Shown: positions 29,728 to 39,754 of the stretch, in pieces
Layout: every line of letters begins with the position of its first letter
How positions within the stretch are numbered: position 1 is the stretch's first letter
Origin: Myxococcota bacterium
GTDB taxonomy: Bacteria; Myxococcota_A; UBA9160; UBA6930
Length of the DNA: 64,000 bases
Direction: 5' to 3'
Assembly (NCBI GenBank): GCA_965223705.1
Contig: OZ245015.1
Location: 1,920,001-1,984,000 of the forward strand
Notes under the pieces: model-generated
What the model saw: the letters and a program-made list of their open reading frames with translations, nothing else
Told to the model about the DNA's origin: nothing
Databases searched by the model: none
Position numbers and translations under genes: made by a program

Positions 29728-30740
29728 ACGAGCTCGCGACGATGCTGCACGAGTCGGTGACACGACTCTTCGAAGATCTCGCCGGCCGAGAAACCCTCGA
29801 AGCGGCGGAGGAAGGCACGTGGCCCGAAGCGCTTTGGAAAGCGCTCGAGGAAACGGCGGTCACCCAGGCGCTCGTCCCCGAAGAGGTCGGAGGTGTCGGG
29901 GCATCTTGGCGCGAGGCCGAAGTCGTGTTGCGCGCCGCCGGGCGGCACACCGCACCGGTCCCGCTCGCCGAGACGATCGTCGCCGCCTGGCTCTGCGCTC
30001 GCGCCGGTCTCGAGACCCCTTCGGGCATTCTGACGCTCGCACCCGAGGCGACGGTCCGCCGAGACGGCGGCCGTTACAGCGGCACCCTCAAGCGCGTGCC
30101 GTGGGGTACGCGCGCGACGGCGGTGTTGGCCGAAGCCGGGGATGAGCTCGTGCTACTCGACCCGTCGGGTGCCGAGGTCTCCGAGGGCTCGAACCTCGCG
30201 AAGGAGCCGCGGGACACCCTGGGCTTCAGCGGGGCCGAGCCGATCGCGGTTGCCGCGAACCCCGTCGCCGGTGGCGTGAAACGCTTTGGCGCGTTGGCTC
30301 GCGCGTGTCAGATGGCCGGTGCCCTCGAACATCTCCTCGGGGAGTCCGTGCAGTTCGCGAACGACCGCGTCCAGTTCGGCCGCCCGATCGCGAAGTTCCA
30401 AGCGATCCAGCATCAGCTCGCCGTGCTGGCTTCGGAAACCGCCGCCGCGCGTGCTTCCGCGAGCGGAGCCTGTCACGTCGCCAACGGTTCGGACCCAGGC
30501 TTCGAAATCGCGGTCGCCAAGGTGCGCTGCGGCGAGGCTGCGGGCATCGGTGCCCGGATCGCGCACGCGGCCCATGGAGCGATCGGTTTCACCTACGAAC
30601 ACGCGCTCCACTTCGCGACACGGCGTCTCTGGTCGTGGCGAGCGGAATTCGGCGCGGAATCGTACTGGGCGGACGAACTCGGAAGCGGCGCGCTCACGCG
30701 CGGAGCGGATCGGCTCTGGGACTACGTCACGAGCCGGTAG
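29724..30740 (+). CDS. Acyl-CoA dehydrogenase-like partner subunit
   Basis: RVQFGRPIAKFQAIQHQLA, HGAIGFTYEH; short; ATGA overlap with the preceding ACAD. Confidence 0.88.
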   Translation: MNELATMLHESVTRLFEDLAGRETLEAAEEGTWPEALWKALEETAVTQALVPEEVGGVGASWREAEVVLRAAGRHTAPVPLAETIVAAWLCARAGLETPSGILTLAPEATVRRDGGRYSGTLKRVPWGTRATAVLAEAGDELVLLDPSGAEVSEGSNLAKEPRDTLGFSGAEPIAVAANPVAGGVKRFGALARACQMAGALEHLLGESVQFANDRVQFGRPIAKFQAIQHQLAVLASETAAARASASGACHVANGSDPGFEIAVAKVRCGEAAGIGARIAHAAHGAIGFTYEHALHFATRRLWSWRAEFGAESYWADELGSGALTRGADRLWDYVTSR

Positions 30741-30799
30741 CGGAGTCGCCGATAGCGGCGTAATCCAGCGACCGTTAGGTTGTCGCGCGAGGGGGGTCC

Positions 30800-32542
30800 A
30801 TGAGCGATTACCTGCGCGACGGCGTACTGATCTACCTCCGCGACGACGCGGCCGACGGCCTGGTAGATTGGGACACACACTTCCGGTTTCTCAAGGGCGA
30901 TGGCGTCGACGTCGAGGCCGAGCGTGAGACCTTGCGCGCGGTCCTCGATGCCGCCGCCGAGATCTGCGAAAGCATCGAAGAAGACGCGCGCGCCGGCTGG
31001 GATGAAGCGGCGGTTCTCGAAGCCGGCGAGGTCCGACACCCGGCCCACATCGCCAAAGCCTACGAACTCCTTCGCGAAGCGGGCATCGTGAGCTTTGGCG
31101 TGGAGGAAGCTTACGAGGGCGTCGAGTTGCCGAGCCTCGTGGCGACCGTCGTCTTGCAAATGATCTCCCGAGCGGACGCCGGGTTGATGACCATCGTCGG
31201 TCTCCAGGCCGGTGTCGCCGAGGACATCCAGAAATACGCGTCCGAGGAACTGAAAGCGGCCTACCTGCCTCGCTTCGCACGCGGCGAAGTCCAAGGGGCC
31301 ATGGATCTGACCGAGCCCCAAGCGGGTTCCGACCTCGGTGCGATCACCACCCGGGCGACCGAGGAAGACGGGAAGATCTACCTCGACGGTCAGAAGATTT
31401 TCATCACCAACGGCGGCGCCGAAATCCACCTGGTCCTGGCGCGCGACGACGATACGTTCGAGCAGAGCAAAGGGACGACCCAAGGGCTTTCGTTGTTTCT
31501 CTGCCCGCGCACACTCCCGGACGGAACGAAGAACCACGTGACCGTCGAAAGACTCGAGGAGAAGCTCGGGATTCACGGGTCGCCGACCTGCGCGATCCGT
31601 TTCGACCGCGCCGAGGCGTTCCGCATCGCGGAGAAAGGTGCCGGGTTCCGGGCGATGCTCGACCTGATGAACAACGCTCGGTTGGGCGTTGCCGCACAGG
31701 GCGTCGGAATCTCGGAGGCGGCGATCTCCGAGGCTGTGCGGTACGCCCGGGAGCGCAAGCAGTTTGGTGTGCCGATCGCCGATCACGCGTTGATGAAGAA
31801 CATGCTCGCTCGGATGATTCTCGCCGCCGAGGGGAGCCGCGCGCTCCTCTATCGTTGTTGCGTCCTCGTCGATCGCAACCGCGCGATCACGGCGAAGCTC
31901 GCACGAGACGCGGATCTGTCGGAGCCCGAGCGCGTCGAATTGGAGAAGACGCTCGAGCGCAACCAGACGCGGATCCGGCTCTTGACGCCCCTCGCGAAGT
32001 ACTTGGCGACCGAAGCCTGCGACCGGATTTCGCGCGAAGCGATCCAAGTCCACGGCGGTCTCGGCTTCATGTCGGAATCGACCGTCGCGAAGCTCCACCA
32101 GGACGCGATCATCACCACGATCTACGAAGGCACGTCCGAGATCCAGGCATCCTTCGCGTTGAAGGAGATGAGCAAGGGCGCGCTGCTGGTGGTGTTCGAG
32201 GAGCTGCGCAACGAGCTCGACACCATGACGGACGAACCCCTGGACGAGTACGCGTCGAAAGTGCGGGGCGGGGTCGAGAAGATTCTCCAGGCGTCGCCAG
32301 CGCTGCTCTCGGATTTCAACTACGCGCTCTTGAGTTCCAAGATTCTCTCCGAGGCGGTGGCTTTCGTGATCGTCGCGACGGAGCTTCTCAAGCAGGCGCG
32401 GGTGGATCCGCGGCGGATCGATCTAGCCGCGAGCTGGATCGATCAGCGCATGCCCGAGGTCGAGATGCACGCCCGGCGGATCGCCGAGGGCAGTGTGTCG
32501 CGCATCGAGCGCTGCGAGCGGATTCTCGAGCTCGAGGGGTAG
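30800..32542 (+). CDS. Acyl-CoA dehydrogenase (long form)
   Basis: GAMDLTEPQAGSDL, GQKIFITNG, EEKLGIHGSPTC, RKQFG, IQVHGGLG, IYEGTSEIQ. Confidence 0.93.
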   Translation: MSDYLRDGVLIYLRDDAADGLVDWDTHFRFLKGDGVDVEAERETLRAVLDAAAEICESIEEDARAGWDEAAVLEAGEVRHPAHIAKAYELLREAGIVSFGVEEAYEGVELPSLVATVVLQMISRADAGLMTIVGLQAGVAEDIQKYASEELKAAYLPRFARGEVQGAMDLTEPQAGSDLGAITTRATEEDGKIYLDGQKIFITNGGAEIHLVLARDDDTFEQSKGTTQGLSLFLCPRTLPDGTKNHVTVERLEEKLGIHGSPTCAIRFDRAEAFRIAEKGAGFRAMLDLMNNARLGVAAQGVGISEAAISEAVRYARERKQFGVPIADHALMKNMLARMILAAEGSRALLYRCCVLVDRNRAITAKLARDADLSEPERVELEKTLERNQTRIRLLTPLAKYLATEACDRISREAIQVHGGLGFMSESTVAKLHQDAIITTIYEGTSEIQASFALKEMSKGALLVVFEELRNELDTMTDEPLDEYASKVRGGVEKILQASPALLSDFNYALLSSKILSEAVAFVIVATELLKQARVDPRRIDLAASWIDQRMPEVEMHARRIAEGSVSRIERCERILELEG

Positions 32543-32722
32543 GCTCACGCTGCACGGGGGACCGGGGTCGGGCCGCGGGAGGTGGGGGTACCGTGCTCAA
32601 ACATCCTCGCGCCGCGGGCTTTCGAGATGCGTCGCGCTGGTAGGGGCGCTGCGGAACTGCGCGCGGCACCCCCACCTCCCACGGCCTCGCGGCGCCCAGC
32701 CTGTTCGCGTCGCGCTCGCTCG
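32543..32722 (-). repeat. Intergenic hairpin element, copy B (inverted relative to copy A)
   Basis: Reverse complement aligns to 25308-25484; arms 32571-32596 and 32661-32686; fills the gap between two convergent stop codons. Confidence 0.85.
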
Positions 32723-33532
32723 CTAGCGGCCTCGGAAGACCGGGTCGCGCTTTTCGATGAAAGCTCGCTGGCCCTCCCTCGCGTCTTCGCTTTGGCGGAG
32801 GGGGCGGCCGATCGCTTCTTGCCTTTCGTAGGCTTCCGGGAGGGGCAGAGGCAGGATCTCGCGCACGCCGCGTCGCGTTTCGCGCACCGCGAGGGGGGCG
32901 TTGCGCGCGATTCGGTCCGCCAGGGCGAGCGCTTCCGCGAGAAGCTCTGCGGGCGGCACGATGCGGTTGATGAGTCCGATCGCGGCGGCGCGCTCGGCAT
33001 CGATCGGTTGTGCCGAAAGCAACAACTCGTGGGCATGCACCCAGGGAATTTGCCGCGGCAAGAGGACGGTCGCATTTCCCGTCGGGTACATGCCGATGCC
33101 GACTTCCTCGAGTGCGAACGTGGCACCCGGCACGGCCAGGCGGATCTCCGAAGCGAGCATCAAGTCGAACCCGCCCGCGCGCGCGTGGCCGTTGATCGCA
33201 CAGATGAGTGGCTTTCCCAGATCGAAGCCGGCGAGGAGCGCGGTCCGCACGCTCCGAAGCCCTTCGAAGTCCTTCGGATCGATTTTCTCGCCGCGATGTA
33301 GCCGTTGCGACGCCGGAATGGTCGCCCGCATGTCCATGCCCGCGGAAAACACCCGCGAGCCCGCTCCGGTGAGAACGACGCAGCGAACGTCGTCATCTTC
33401 CGATAGCTCTCGCCACACCGCGGCTAAATCGCAAAGGTGCGCGGGGTCGAGGGCGTTCGCCTTATCCGGTCGATTGAGCGTGACGAGTGCGGTATGGGGA
33501 ACGTCGACGGGCCGCACGAGATCGATGGACAT
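32723..33532 (-). CDS. Enoyl-CoA hydratase/isomerase (crotonase family)
   Basis: VTLNRPDKANAL, VFSAGMDM, KPLICAING.A.AGG, SEDAREG..AF.EKR.P.F.GR. Confidence 0.92.
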   Translation of the reverse strand: MSIDLVRPVDVPHTALVTLNRPDKANALDPAHLCDLAAVWRELSEDDDVRCVVLTGAGSRVFSAGMDMRATIPASQRLHRGEKIDPKDFEGLRSVRTALLAGFDLGKPLICAINGHARAGGFDLMLASEIRLAVPGATFALEEVGIGMYPTGNATVLLPRQIPWVHAHELLLSAQPIDAERAAAIGLINRIVPPAELLAEALALADRIARNAPLAVRETRRGVREILPLPLPEAYERQEAIGRPLRQSEDAREGQRAFIEKRDPVFRGR

Positions 33533-33538
33533 GGCCCA

Positions 33539-34276
33539 TCAATACAACCCGAGCATGTGCCCGGCCAGCACAAAGATGACGATGCCGAGCGCCGGCTTGA
33601 GCAGGCGGTCGCCGCCGCGGATCGCCATGCGGGCGCCGAGTTCTCCGCCGAGCGCGAACCCGGCCCCGAGAACCATCGCCGGCACCCACGCGATCTGATC
33701 GGCAAACACAAAGATGGGAAGCGCCATCGCGGTGAAGCAGAAGTTCACGGCGATCTTGAGTGCGTTCGCGCGCAACAAATCGAGGCCGGTGAGTCGCAAG
33801 ACCAGCAGTAGCAGCAAGCCGACGCCGGCTTGAAACGCGCCGCCGTAGAGCCCGAGACCGAACAGGGCGACGTGCCGCCAGGGCGACGGCGGACGGGGCG
33901 GGTCCGCTTCGGCGGGTGAGCCGCGCCACCACGTGAAGACCCACAACACGATCATCACGAGGCCGAAGGCGCGCTCGAAAACACCGTCTGGGACGTGCGT
34001 GACGAACCATGCACCGATGACGGAACCCAACGCGACGGGGATCAGAACGGGCGCGGTCTGTGCCAGGGAGACCACGGATTCCTTTTGGAAGCGGCGGAGG
34101 GCGGTGCCTGTTTGGAGGAGCACACCGACGCGGTTCGTGCCGTTTGCGACGCCGCCGGGCAGACCGAGCAAGACCAGGACCGGGACGGTGAGGAAAGATC
34201 CCCCGCCCGCGAGGGTGTTGATCACGCCGGCGACGAGGCCCGACGCCGCGAGTCCGAGAAGTGCGAGGCCTTCCAT
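33539..34276 (-). CDS. Sulfite exporter TauE/SafE family membrane protein
   Basis: AGVINTLAGGGSFLTVP, ANGTNR, GLYGGAFQAGVG, ANALK; start at MEGLALL. Confidence 0.88.
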   Translation of the reverse strand: MEGLALLGLAASGLVAGVINTLAGGGSFLTVPVLVLLGLPGGVANGTNRVGVLLQTGTALRRFQKESVVSLAQTAPVLIPVALGSVIGAWFVTHVPDGVFERAFGLVMIVLWVFTWWRGSPAEADPPRPPSPWRHVALFGLGLYGGAFQAGVGLLLLLVLRLTGLDLLRANALKIAVNFCFTAMALPIFVFADQIAWVPAMVLGAGFALGGELGARMAIRGGDRLLKPALGIVIFVLAGHMLGLY

Positions 34277-34313
34277 TGGGCTCCGAAGCTTAGGATCTGC
34301 TACCGACGCCGCC

Positions 34314-36200
34314 ATGGAGCGCCGAGCTTTCGGAACCTGGTCTTCGTCCCTCGATGCGGCACGCGTGGCGCAAGCCGGGGTCCGCTTCGGGCAACCCGCA
34401 GGCTTTCGCGGCGACCGATTCTGGATCGAGGGACGTCCCGACGAGGGCGGGCGCCAGGTGCTGGTCCGCTCGGACGCGGGTGGCGGGATCTCCGACGTCG
34501 TTCCGGGCGACGTCAATGTTCGGAGCACGGTCCACGAATACGGCGGCGGCGATTACGCCGTCTGCGCGCACGGCATAGCGCTGGCCGCTCCTGAAGGCGG
34601 GGCATCCTGGCTTGAGGGGCTCGGCACCGGAACGCCGAGCGCACTTCCCGGCGCGCGCCGCGACGCTCGCTACGCAGATTTTGCGATCTCTCCCGACGGC
34701 GAGGTCGTCATGTGCGTCGAAGAGACGCACCACGACGATCGCGAACCGACGAACCAGCTCGTCGCGCTCCACAGGAGTACCGGCCGGCGCGTGGTCGTAG
34801 AAGCCGCGCACGATTTTGTGAGTTCGCCGGTATTTTCGCCGCGCGGCGACCGCTTGGCCTACCTGGTCTGGGATCATCCCCGCATGCCCTGGCAGGGGAC
34901 GGAGCTCAAAGCCTGCGCGCTGACCCAGCGCGAATTCGGCAGCGCGCGATCTGTTGCGGGCGGCGAGCGCGAATCGATCTTCCAGCCCGCGTTCTCTCCC
35001 GACGGAACGCTGTTTTTCGTGTCCGATCGCAGCGGGTGGTGGAACCTCTACGCCATGCGCGGCGACCGGGCGGAGGCTCTCGCTCCGCGCCGTGCGGAGT
35101 TCGGGCGCCCCCAGTGGGTGTTCGGGATGCAGACCTACGGCTTCGCTGCGAACGGCGAAGTGATTTGTCGCGTCGGTCAGGGCGGACGCTCGTCGCTCAT
35201 GCGCGTCCATGCCGAAACCGGAGCTGCTACGGAGATCCCGCTGCCGTTTTCGAGTATCGACGGCGTCGCCGTCTCGGAGATGGAAGTGATTCTCGTCGCC
35301 GCCTCGGAGCGTGAGAACAGCACGGTGGCAGTCCTCGACCTTGAAACGGGCGCGTTGTCACGCTTGCGCGGCGGCGGCGCAGGTCTGTCCGAAGAGACGA
35401 TCTCCGTCGCCGACCCGCGAACGTTCGCTACGTCCGGTGGCGAGAGCGCTCACGGTTTTTTCTACGCGCCGCGGAGCGATCGCTGGCTCGGGCCCGAGGG
35501 CGCTTCGCCGCCGCTTCTCGTTCGTACTCACGGCGGACCGACTTCGGCGTCGGGTGCTGCGCTCGACTCGTCGATTCAGTTCTTCACGAGCCGCGGGTTC
35601 GCCGTCTTCGACGTGAACTACCGGGGAAGTACGGGCTACGGCCGCGCGTATTGGGAAGCCCTCGGCGGGCAGTGGGGAGTGCTCGATGTCGACGATTGCG
35701 AGGCCGCTGCGGCGGACGCCGTCGCTCGCGGCGAGGCGGATCCCTCACGGCTGGCGATTCGAGGTGGCAGCGCCGGCGGCTACACGACGCTGTGTGCACT
35801 CGCGTTCGGTACGGCTTTCCACGCCGGGGCGAGCTACTACGGCATCGGCGACCTCAGTCTCCTCGCAGAGGACACGCACAAATTCGAGAGCCACTACACC
35901 GATTGGTTGATCGGGCCATACCCCGAGGCGCGGGCCCTCTACCGCGAACGTTCGCCGCTACACGCGGCGGACAAACTCACGTGCCCCGTGATCTTCTTCC
36001 AGGGCATGCGCGATCGGGTCGTCCCTCCGAACCAAGCGGAAACGATGGTGGCAGCGCTGCGCGATACGGGAATCCACTGCGAGCACGTGACCTTCGCTGA
36101 GGAAGGTCACGGCTTCCGCCGGGCCGACACCATCGTCGCGTGTCTCGAGCGCGAGCTCGCGTTCTATCGCCACGTCTTCGGCCTGACGGGGAAGGCCTAG
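34314..36200 (+). CDS. S9 family (prolyl oligopeptidase/acylaminoacyl) peptidase
   Basis: HGGPT, NYRGSTGYG, GGSAGGY nucleophile, QG..D.VVPP, EGHGF; start at MERRAFGTW. Confidence 0.92.
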   Translation: MERRAFGTWSSSLDAARVAQAGVRFGQPAGFRGDRFWIEGRPDEGGRQVLVRSDAGGGISDVVPGDVNVRSTVHEYGGGDYAVCAHGIALAAPEGGASWLEGLGTGTPSALPGARRDARYADFAISPDGEVVMCVEETHHDDREPTNQLVALHRSTGRRVVVEAAHDFVSSPVFSPRGDRLAYLVWDHPRMPWQGTELKACALTQREFGSARSVAGGERESIFQPAFSPDGTLFFVSDRSGWWNLYAMRGDRAEALAPRRAEFGRPQWVFGMQTYGFAANGEVICRVGQGGRSSLMRVHAETGAATEIPLPFSSIDGVAVSEMEVILVAASERENSTVAVLDLETGALSRLRGGGAGLSEETISVADPRTFATSGGESAHGFFYAPRSDRWLGPEGASPPLLVRTHGGPTSASGAALDSSIQFFTSRGFAVFDVNYRGSTGYGRAYWEALGGQWGVLDVDDCEAAAADAVARGEADPSRLAIRGGSAGGYTTLCALAFGTAFHAGASYYGIGDLSLLAEDTHKFESHYTDWLIGPYPEARALYRERSPLHAADKLTCPVIFFQGMRDRVVPPNQAETMVAALRDTGIHCEHVTFAEEGHGFRRADTIVACLERELAFYRHVFGLTGKA

Positions 36201-37165
36201 TGCGCGTGCAGTGGGGCCTCGCACTCGCGGCGTGCGCGCTTCTCGCCTGTGCGCCCCAAGGGCAACCCCCCGAGAGCACTCGGGCCGCTCGAGTCGACAC
36301 CACGTGGCTGCGCGAGGGCCACCCCTACCTGTATCCGCGAGCCGGGCGACTTCGGTTGTTCACGTGTCGTTGGAGCACGGAGAACCCGATCGGCGTCTAT
36401 ATCGACGCTCCGGATGATCTGCGGGAAGTCGTGCGAAGCGCTCTGTCGGTGTGGCAAGGCCTAGCGCTCGGGGTGCGCTTCTATGAGGTCCTCGCCCGGG
36501 AGGCCGCGCTCCATCTTTACGTCCAAGACGAACCCGTTTCCACGGCGCGTGGGTTCGGCACGGGGCGTACGGTCACGGACTGTGCCGTCGAGGACTCGGG
36601 AGGCGAGGGGCTCCGCGCCGAGCTGACCCGAGCCCGCGTCGATCTATCGCGGGAAACCCCGGCCGACGCTCGTGGACAAGCGCGTTCCTTGAGCGACGCG
36701 GAGTTCGCCGGAGCGGCACTCCATGAACTGGGTCACGCGTTGGGCTTTCAGGGGCACACGGCGCGGCGCGGCGCCGTACTTTCGCGTGATCTTTCCGTCG
36801 CGCGGCGGCTCGGTAAGCGCGTCTTGTCCGGCGAACGGATCGACGCCCCCGAACTCCTGGCCCTCTACCAGACGCCGAGTGGCCATGTGTTGAAGGAAGT
36901 CAGCGTGGACGCCTGGCGCACGGACTTGATCGATCGCATGGCGCGGCTCGCGTCTGAAGCGGCCCTCGAGGGTCCCTTCGCACGGGTCGGAGACGCCGCG
37001 GCGCGCGTCTTTTGGCGCGACGACAAGGGCCTCGAGTACGGCTTCCAAATCCCCGAACTCGAGCGCACCCTGCGAACCCCCGAGAAACTCCTCGTGCTGC
37101 CAGAAGCGCGAGCGCGCGCCGCGCTGCCGCGAAGTCGAGATCTATCCCCCGCCAGCGAGCCCTAG
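36200..37165 (+). CDS. Putative lipoprotein zinc metalloprotease (matrixin-like)
   Basis: Lipobox LLAC; HELGHALGFQGH zinc motif. Confidence 0.7.
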   Translation: MRVQWGLALAACALLACAPQGQPPESTRAARVDTTWLREGHPYLYPRAGRLRLFTCRWSTENPIGVYIDAPDDLREVVRSALSVWQGLALGVRFYEVLAREAALHLYVQDEPVSTARGFGTGRTVTDCAVEDSGGEGLRAELTRARVDLSRETPADARGQARSLSDAEFAGAALHELGHALGFQGHTARRGAVLSRDLSVARRLGKRVLSGERIDAPELLALYQTPSGHVLKEVSVDAWRTDLIDRMARLASEAALEGPFARVGDAAARVFWRDDKGLEYGFQIPELERTLRTPEKLLVLPEARARAALPRSRDLSPASEP

Positions 37166-37248
37166 AGAAGTCCCCGGACAAGGCAAGCAGCGGACAAGCC
37201 TGTGCCCCACCTGCCACGGCCAGGGCTAGGTCCGCGCTTAGAGCGGGT

Positions 37249-38718
37249 CTATCCGACGCTCGGATCGAGCTGCTTCGCCTTGGCGAGAGCCGCGTCCGCC
37301 GCTCCGTGCTCTCCGAGCTTCTTCAACACGACCGAGAAATAGAAGAAGGCTTGGGCGTCGTCCTGGCGCAGCTCGAGTGCCAATTCGAGGTGCTCGCGAG
37401 CTCGCTCGGGCTCGGACGGGCGCTTCTTGTACAAAGCCCAGCCATAGGCGGATTGATACGCTCCCTCGTCGGGCCAGAGTTTGACGGTGTTCGCGAGGAG
37501 CGGCGCCGCTTCGCCGAAGCGACCGGCCCGCATCATGATCTCGGCCTGTCGGTAGAGGGTCTCGGCTTGCATCAACCGATCGGTGTCGAAGCTGTCGACG
37601 CCGCCCGCATCATAGTCGCGCCGAGACGCCGAGTCCGAGAGAACCGTGTGCGCTTTTCCGATCGCGGCGAACACCTCTCCCGCCTGGGACTTCAAGGACT
37701 CGAGACCGCGGCGCTTGAGCGCATCGGGGTGAAAACGCTTCGCGGCGAGGAGATACGCCTTTTTCACGGCGGCGGGTTTGGCGTCGCGTGGAATCCCGAG
37801 CAGCTCGTAGTAGTCGAGCTCCCCGAGCGCTGCATACTTCGCCTCGATTTCCTCAGCGAGCTCCTCGTCGCGCGCGGCCTCGCGCGCTTCTTTTTGCTGC
37901 ACTTCTTTGGGAGCTTCTTCCTGGACGCCATCGCCGACGATGATCTCGATCTGCGGGCCCGGGTCGAGGGCTTCTTCGGCGTTATCCTCGGGGACTGCGC
38001 TCGCGGCCCCCGGCGTCTCGGAAAACCCGATGATGTCGAGTTCGCCGAGCGCCGCGACTGCGGCCACGAGTGACGGATCGGATTGGAGACCGAGCTGGTC
38101 CCACAGCGTTTTCTCAGAATCGAGCCCGGCGATGGCCGACGCCGTCGAAGGGTCGAGGCCGCAGCGGTTCGCGATTTCGTCGGCGGAGCATCGACTCGAC
38201 GGATACTCCGTCAAGCGGGCTTCGAGCTGTTGCAAGATGACGTCCGGCCGCGCGTGTCGGGCGAGACCGGTGATCACGAGGGCCACGCCGTTGACACGAA
38301 AGGCCTCGGTGCCTTTCGCGGCGCGGGACTCGGGGTCGAGGCGGTATTCGCCCGTGGTCCACGCGAACGCTTCCGTCACCCGGCGCTCCGTTCGCTTGCG
38401 CAGGAATCGGACGAGGTCCTTCGCGGGTACGAGTTTAAGCGCCATGAGCGCGGCTTCTTCACTGGCCTTCTTCTTGACCATGATTTGGCGGGCGCGGTCC
38501 GCGGCGGCACCGTCGACGACTTCGTCGGCTACGAGCTGGTGAAGGAGCGATTCTTCCGCGACGTTCGAATCGGCTTGCGCAATGTGCTCCCCGTCGAACA
38601 CGACGCACTTCAGTTTGCGTCCCTGCTTCAAGTGGACGCTGCCGACATAGTTCTCGCGCATGAGCTCGAGAAAGAGCGAGGCCAAGCTCGCCGTGTCGAA
38701 GCGGCCTTCTTGTTCCAT
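37249..38718 (-). CDS. DUF4388-like N-terminal domain + J-domain + TPR protein
   Basis: DYYELLGI...KKAY...AKRFHPD J-domain with HPD; C-terminal TPR-like helices; N-terminal G..DTASLASLF...GSVHL..G...K..VFDGE DUF4388/PatA-like pattern. Confidence 0.82.
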   Translation of the reverse strand: MEQEGRFDTASLASLFLELMRENYVGSVHLKQGRKLKCVVFDGEHIAQADSNVAEESLLHQLVADEVVDGAAADRARQIMVKKKASEEAALMALKLVPAKDLVRFLRKRTERRVTEAFAWTTGEYRLDPESRAAKGTEAFRVNGVALVITGLARHARPDVILQQLEARLTEYPSSRCSADEIANRCGLDPSTASAIAGLDSEKTLWDQLGLQSDPSLVAAVAALGELDIIGFSETPGAASAVPEDNAEEALDPGPQIEIIVGDGVQEEAPKEVQQKEAREAARDEELAEEIEAKYAALGELDYYELLGIPRDAKPAAVKKAYLLAAKRFHPDALKRRGLESLKSQAGEVFAAIGKAHTVLSDSASRRDYDAGGVDSFDTDRLMQAETLYRQAEIMMRAGRFGEAAPLLANTVKLWPDEGAYQSAYGWALYKKRPSEPERAREHLELALELRQDDAQAFFYFSVVLKKLGEHGAADAALAKAKQLDPSVG

Positions 38719-39726
38719 CTAGACCGAGCTCCGCAGCGCTTCGGCGATCTGAAAGCCCGTCGCGATGGCGTCGGGCAGATCTTTCCGGATCACGAGCCGG
38801 TCTTGTTCGAGAGACGCCACCACGGCTTCGGAGAGCGGCGAAACGCCGGCCAGCATGGGTTCGGCTCCCCAGCTCTCGATGGCCGAGAGAATCTGTTCGA
38901 GGGCGACGGCTCCGTAGGCCTCGTCGATGACCGCGCCCGTCAGGTCGACCACGATCACGCGGACGTCGCGCGCTCCCGGATCGCGCCCGATGAGCTCCAC
39001 CGCTCGCAGGGCTTCGTCGACTCCGGAGAAAGGAATGACCATCACCGGGCCCCACACGTGAATCACCGGCGCGCTTCCGTCGAAGTGCTCATCGGATTCG
39101 GCCGGTTGCCGAGCCGCCAGTTTGCGGCCGACCAAGTTGCGGAACTCGTCGAAGGGCAGGGCATCGAGGAGCTGGATCGCGCGGGCGTCGCCCGATGCGC
39201 GCCAGGCGGCAGCTTCGCGGGTCTGAAAAGAACAAACGCGACCGCCGCTCGCGGTGCATTGCATTTCGAGGCAGAGCATGTCCGCGCCGAAGATCCCTGA
39301 AGCCCAACCGGACGTGTAACCCATACTCGCGTAGCAAACGGGTGCGGCGGTCTCGTCCGACGCGTCGCGGATTGCCCGCGCTTCTTGGCTCTGCGGCCAG
39401 TGGCCGCGCAGCTCGAGCGCGCCCGGCGCGATGGGTTGCAGCTGCATCGGCAGCCGCGTCGCCCGGGGCTCGCCGCTTGCCGTCGCCTGCGATCTCGATC
39501 CGATCCCTTCGCGTACCACCGACGCGGCGTCGTACAGGCCGTGAACAAATCCCAGCTGAAGTAGGGCTGCGCCCGCTTGTTGTTCACCGACCTCTTCCAC
39601 CAGTTCGAGGTGAAGCGATCCGAGAAAGCACGGATCGATGAGAAAGCGCGGTATTTCCTCGAGGCTCGACTCGGGGTCGAGACCGAGTGCCTCGAGGATG
39701 GGCAATGCCAAGGGGGGGGACGTCAT
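38719..39726 (-). CDS. V4R (XylR_N-like) sensor fused to RsbR-type STAS domain
   Basis: PVCY..MGYTSGW.S.......EMQC.A.G..VC.F V4R motif; PVIHVWGPVMVIP...VIVVDLTG...GAEPMLAGVSP STAS. Confidence 0.8.
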   Translation of the reverse strand: MTSPPLALPILEALGLDPESSLEEIPRFLIDPCFLGSLHLELVEEVGEQQAGAALLQLGFVHGLYDAASVVREGIGSRSQATASGEPRATRLPMQLQPIAPGALELRGHWPQSQEARAIRDASDETAAPVCYASMGYTSGWASGIFGADMLCLEMQCTASGGRVCSFQTREAAAWRASGDARAIQLLDALPFDEFRNLVGRKLAARQPAESDEHFDGSAPVIHVWGPVMVIPFSGVDEALRAVELIGRDPGARDVRVIVVDLTGAVIDEAYGAVALEQILSAIESWGAEPMLAGVSPLSEAVVASLEQDRLVIRKDLPDAIATGFQIAEALRSSV

Positions 39727-39754
39727 TGTTGGGGGGCTCCTGACGGCTGCTTCT

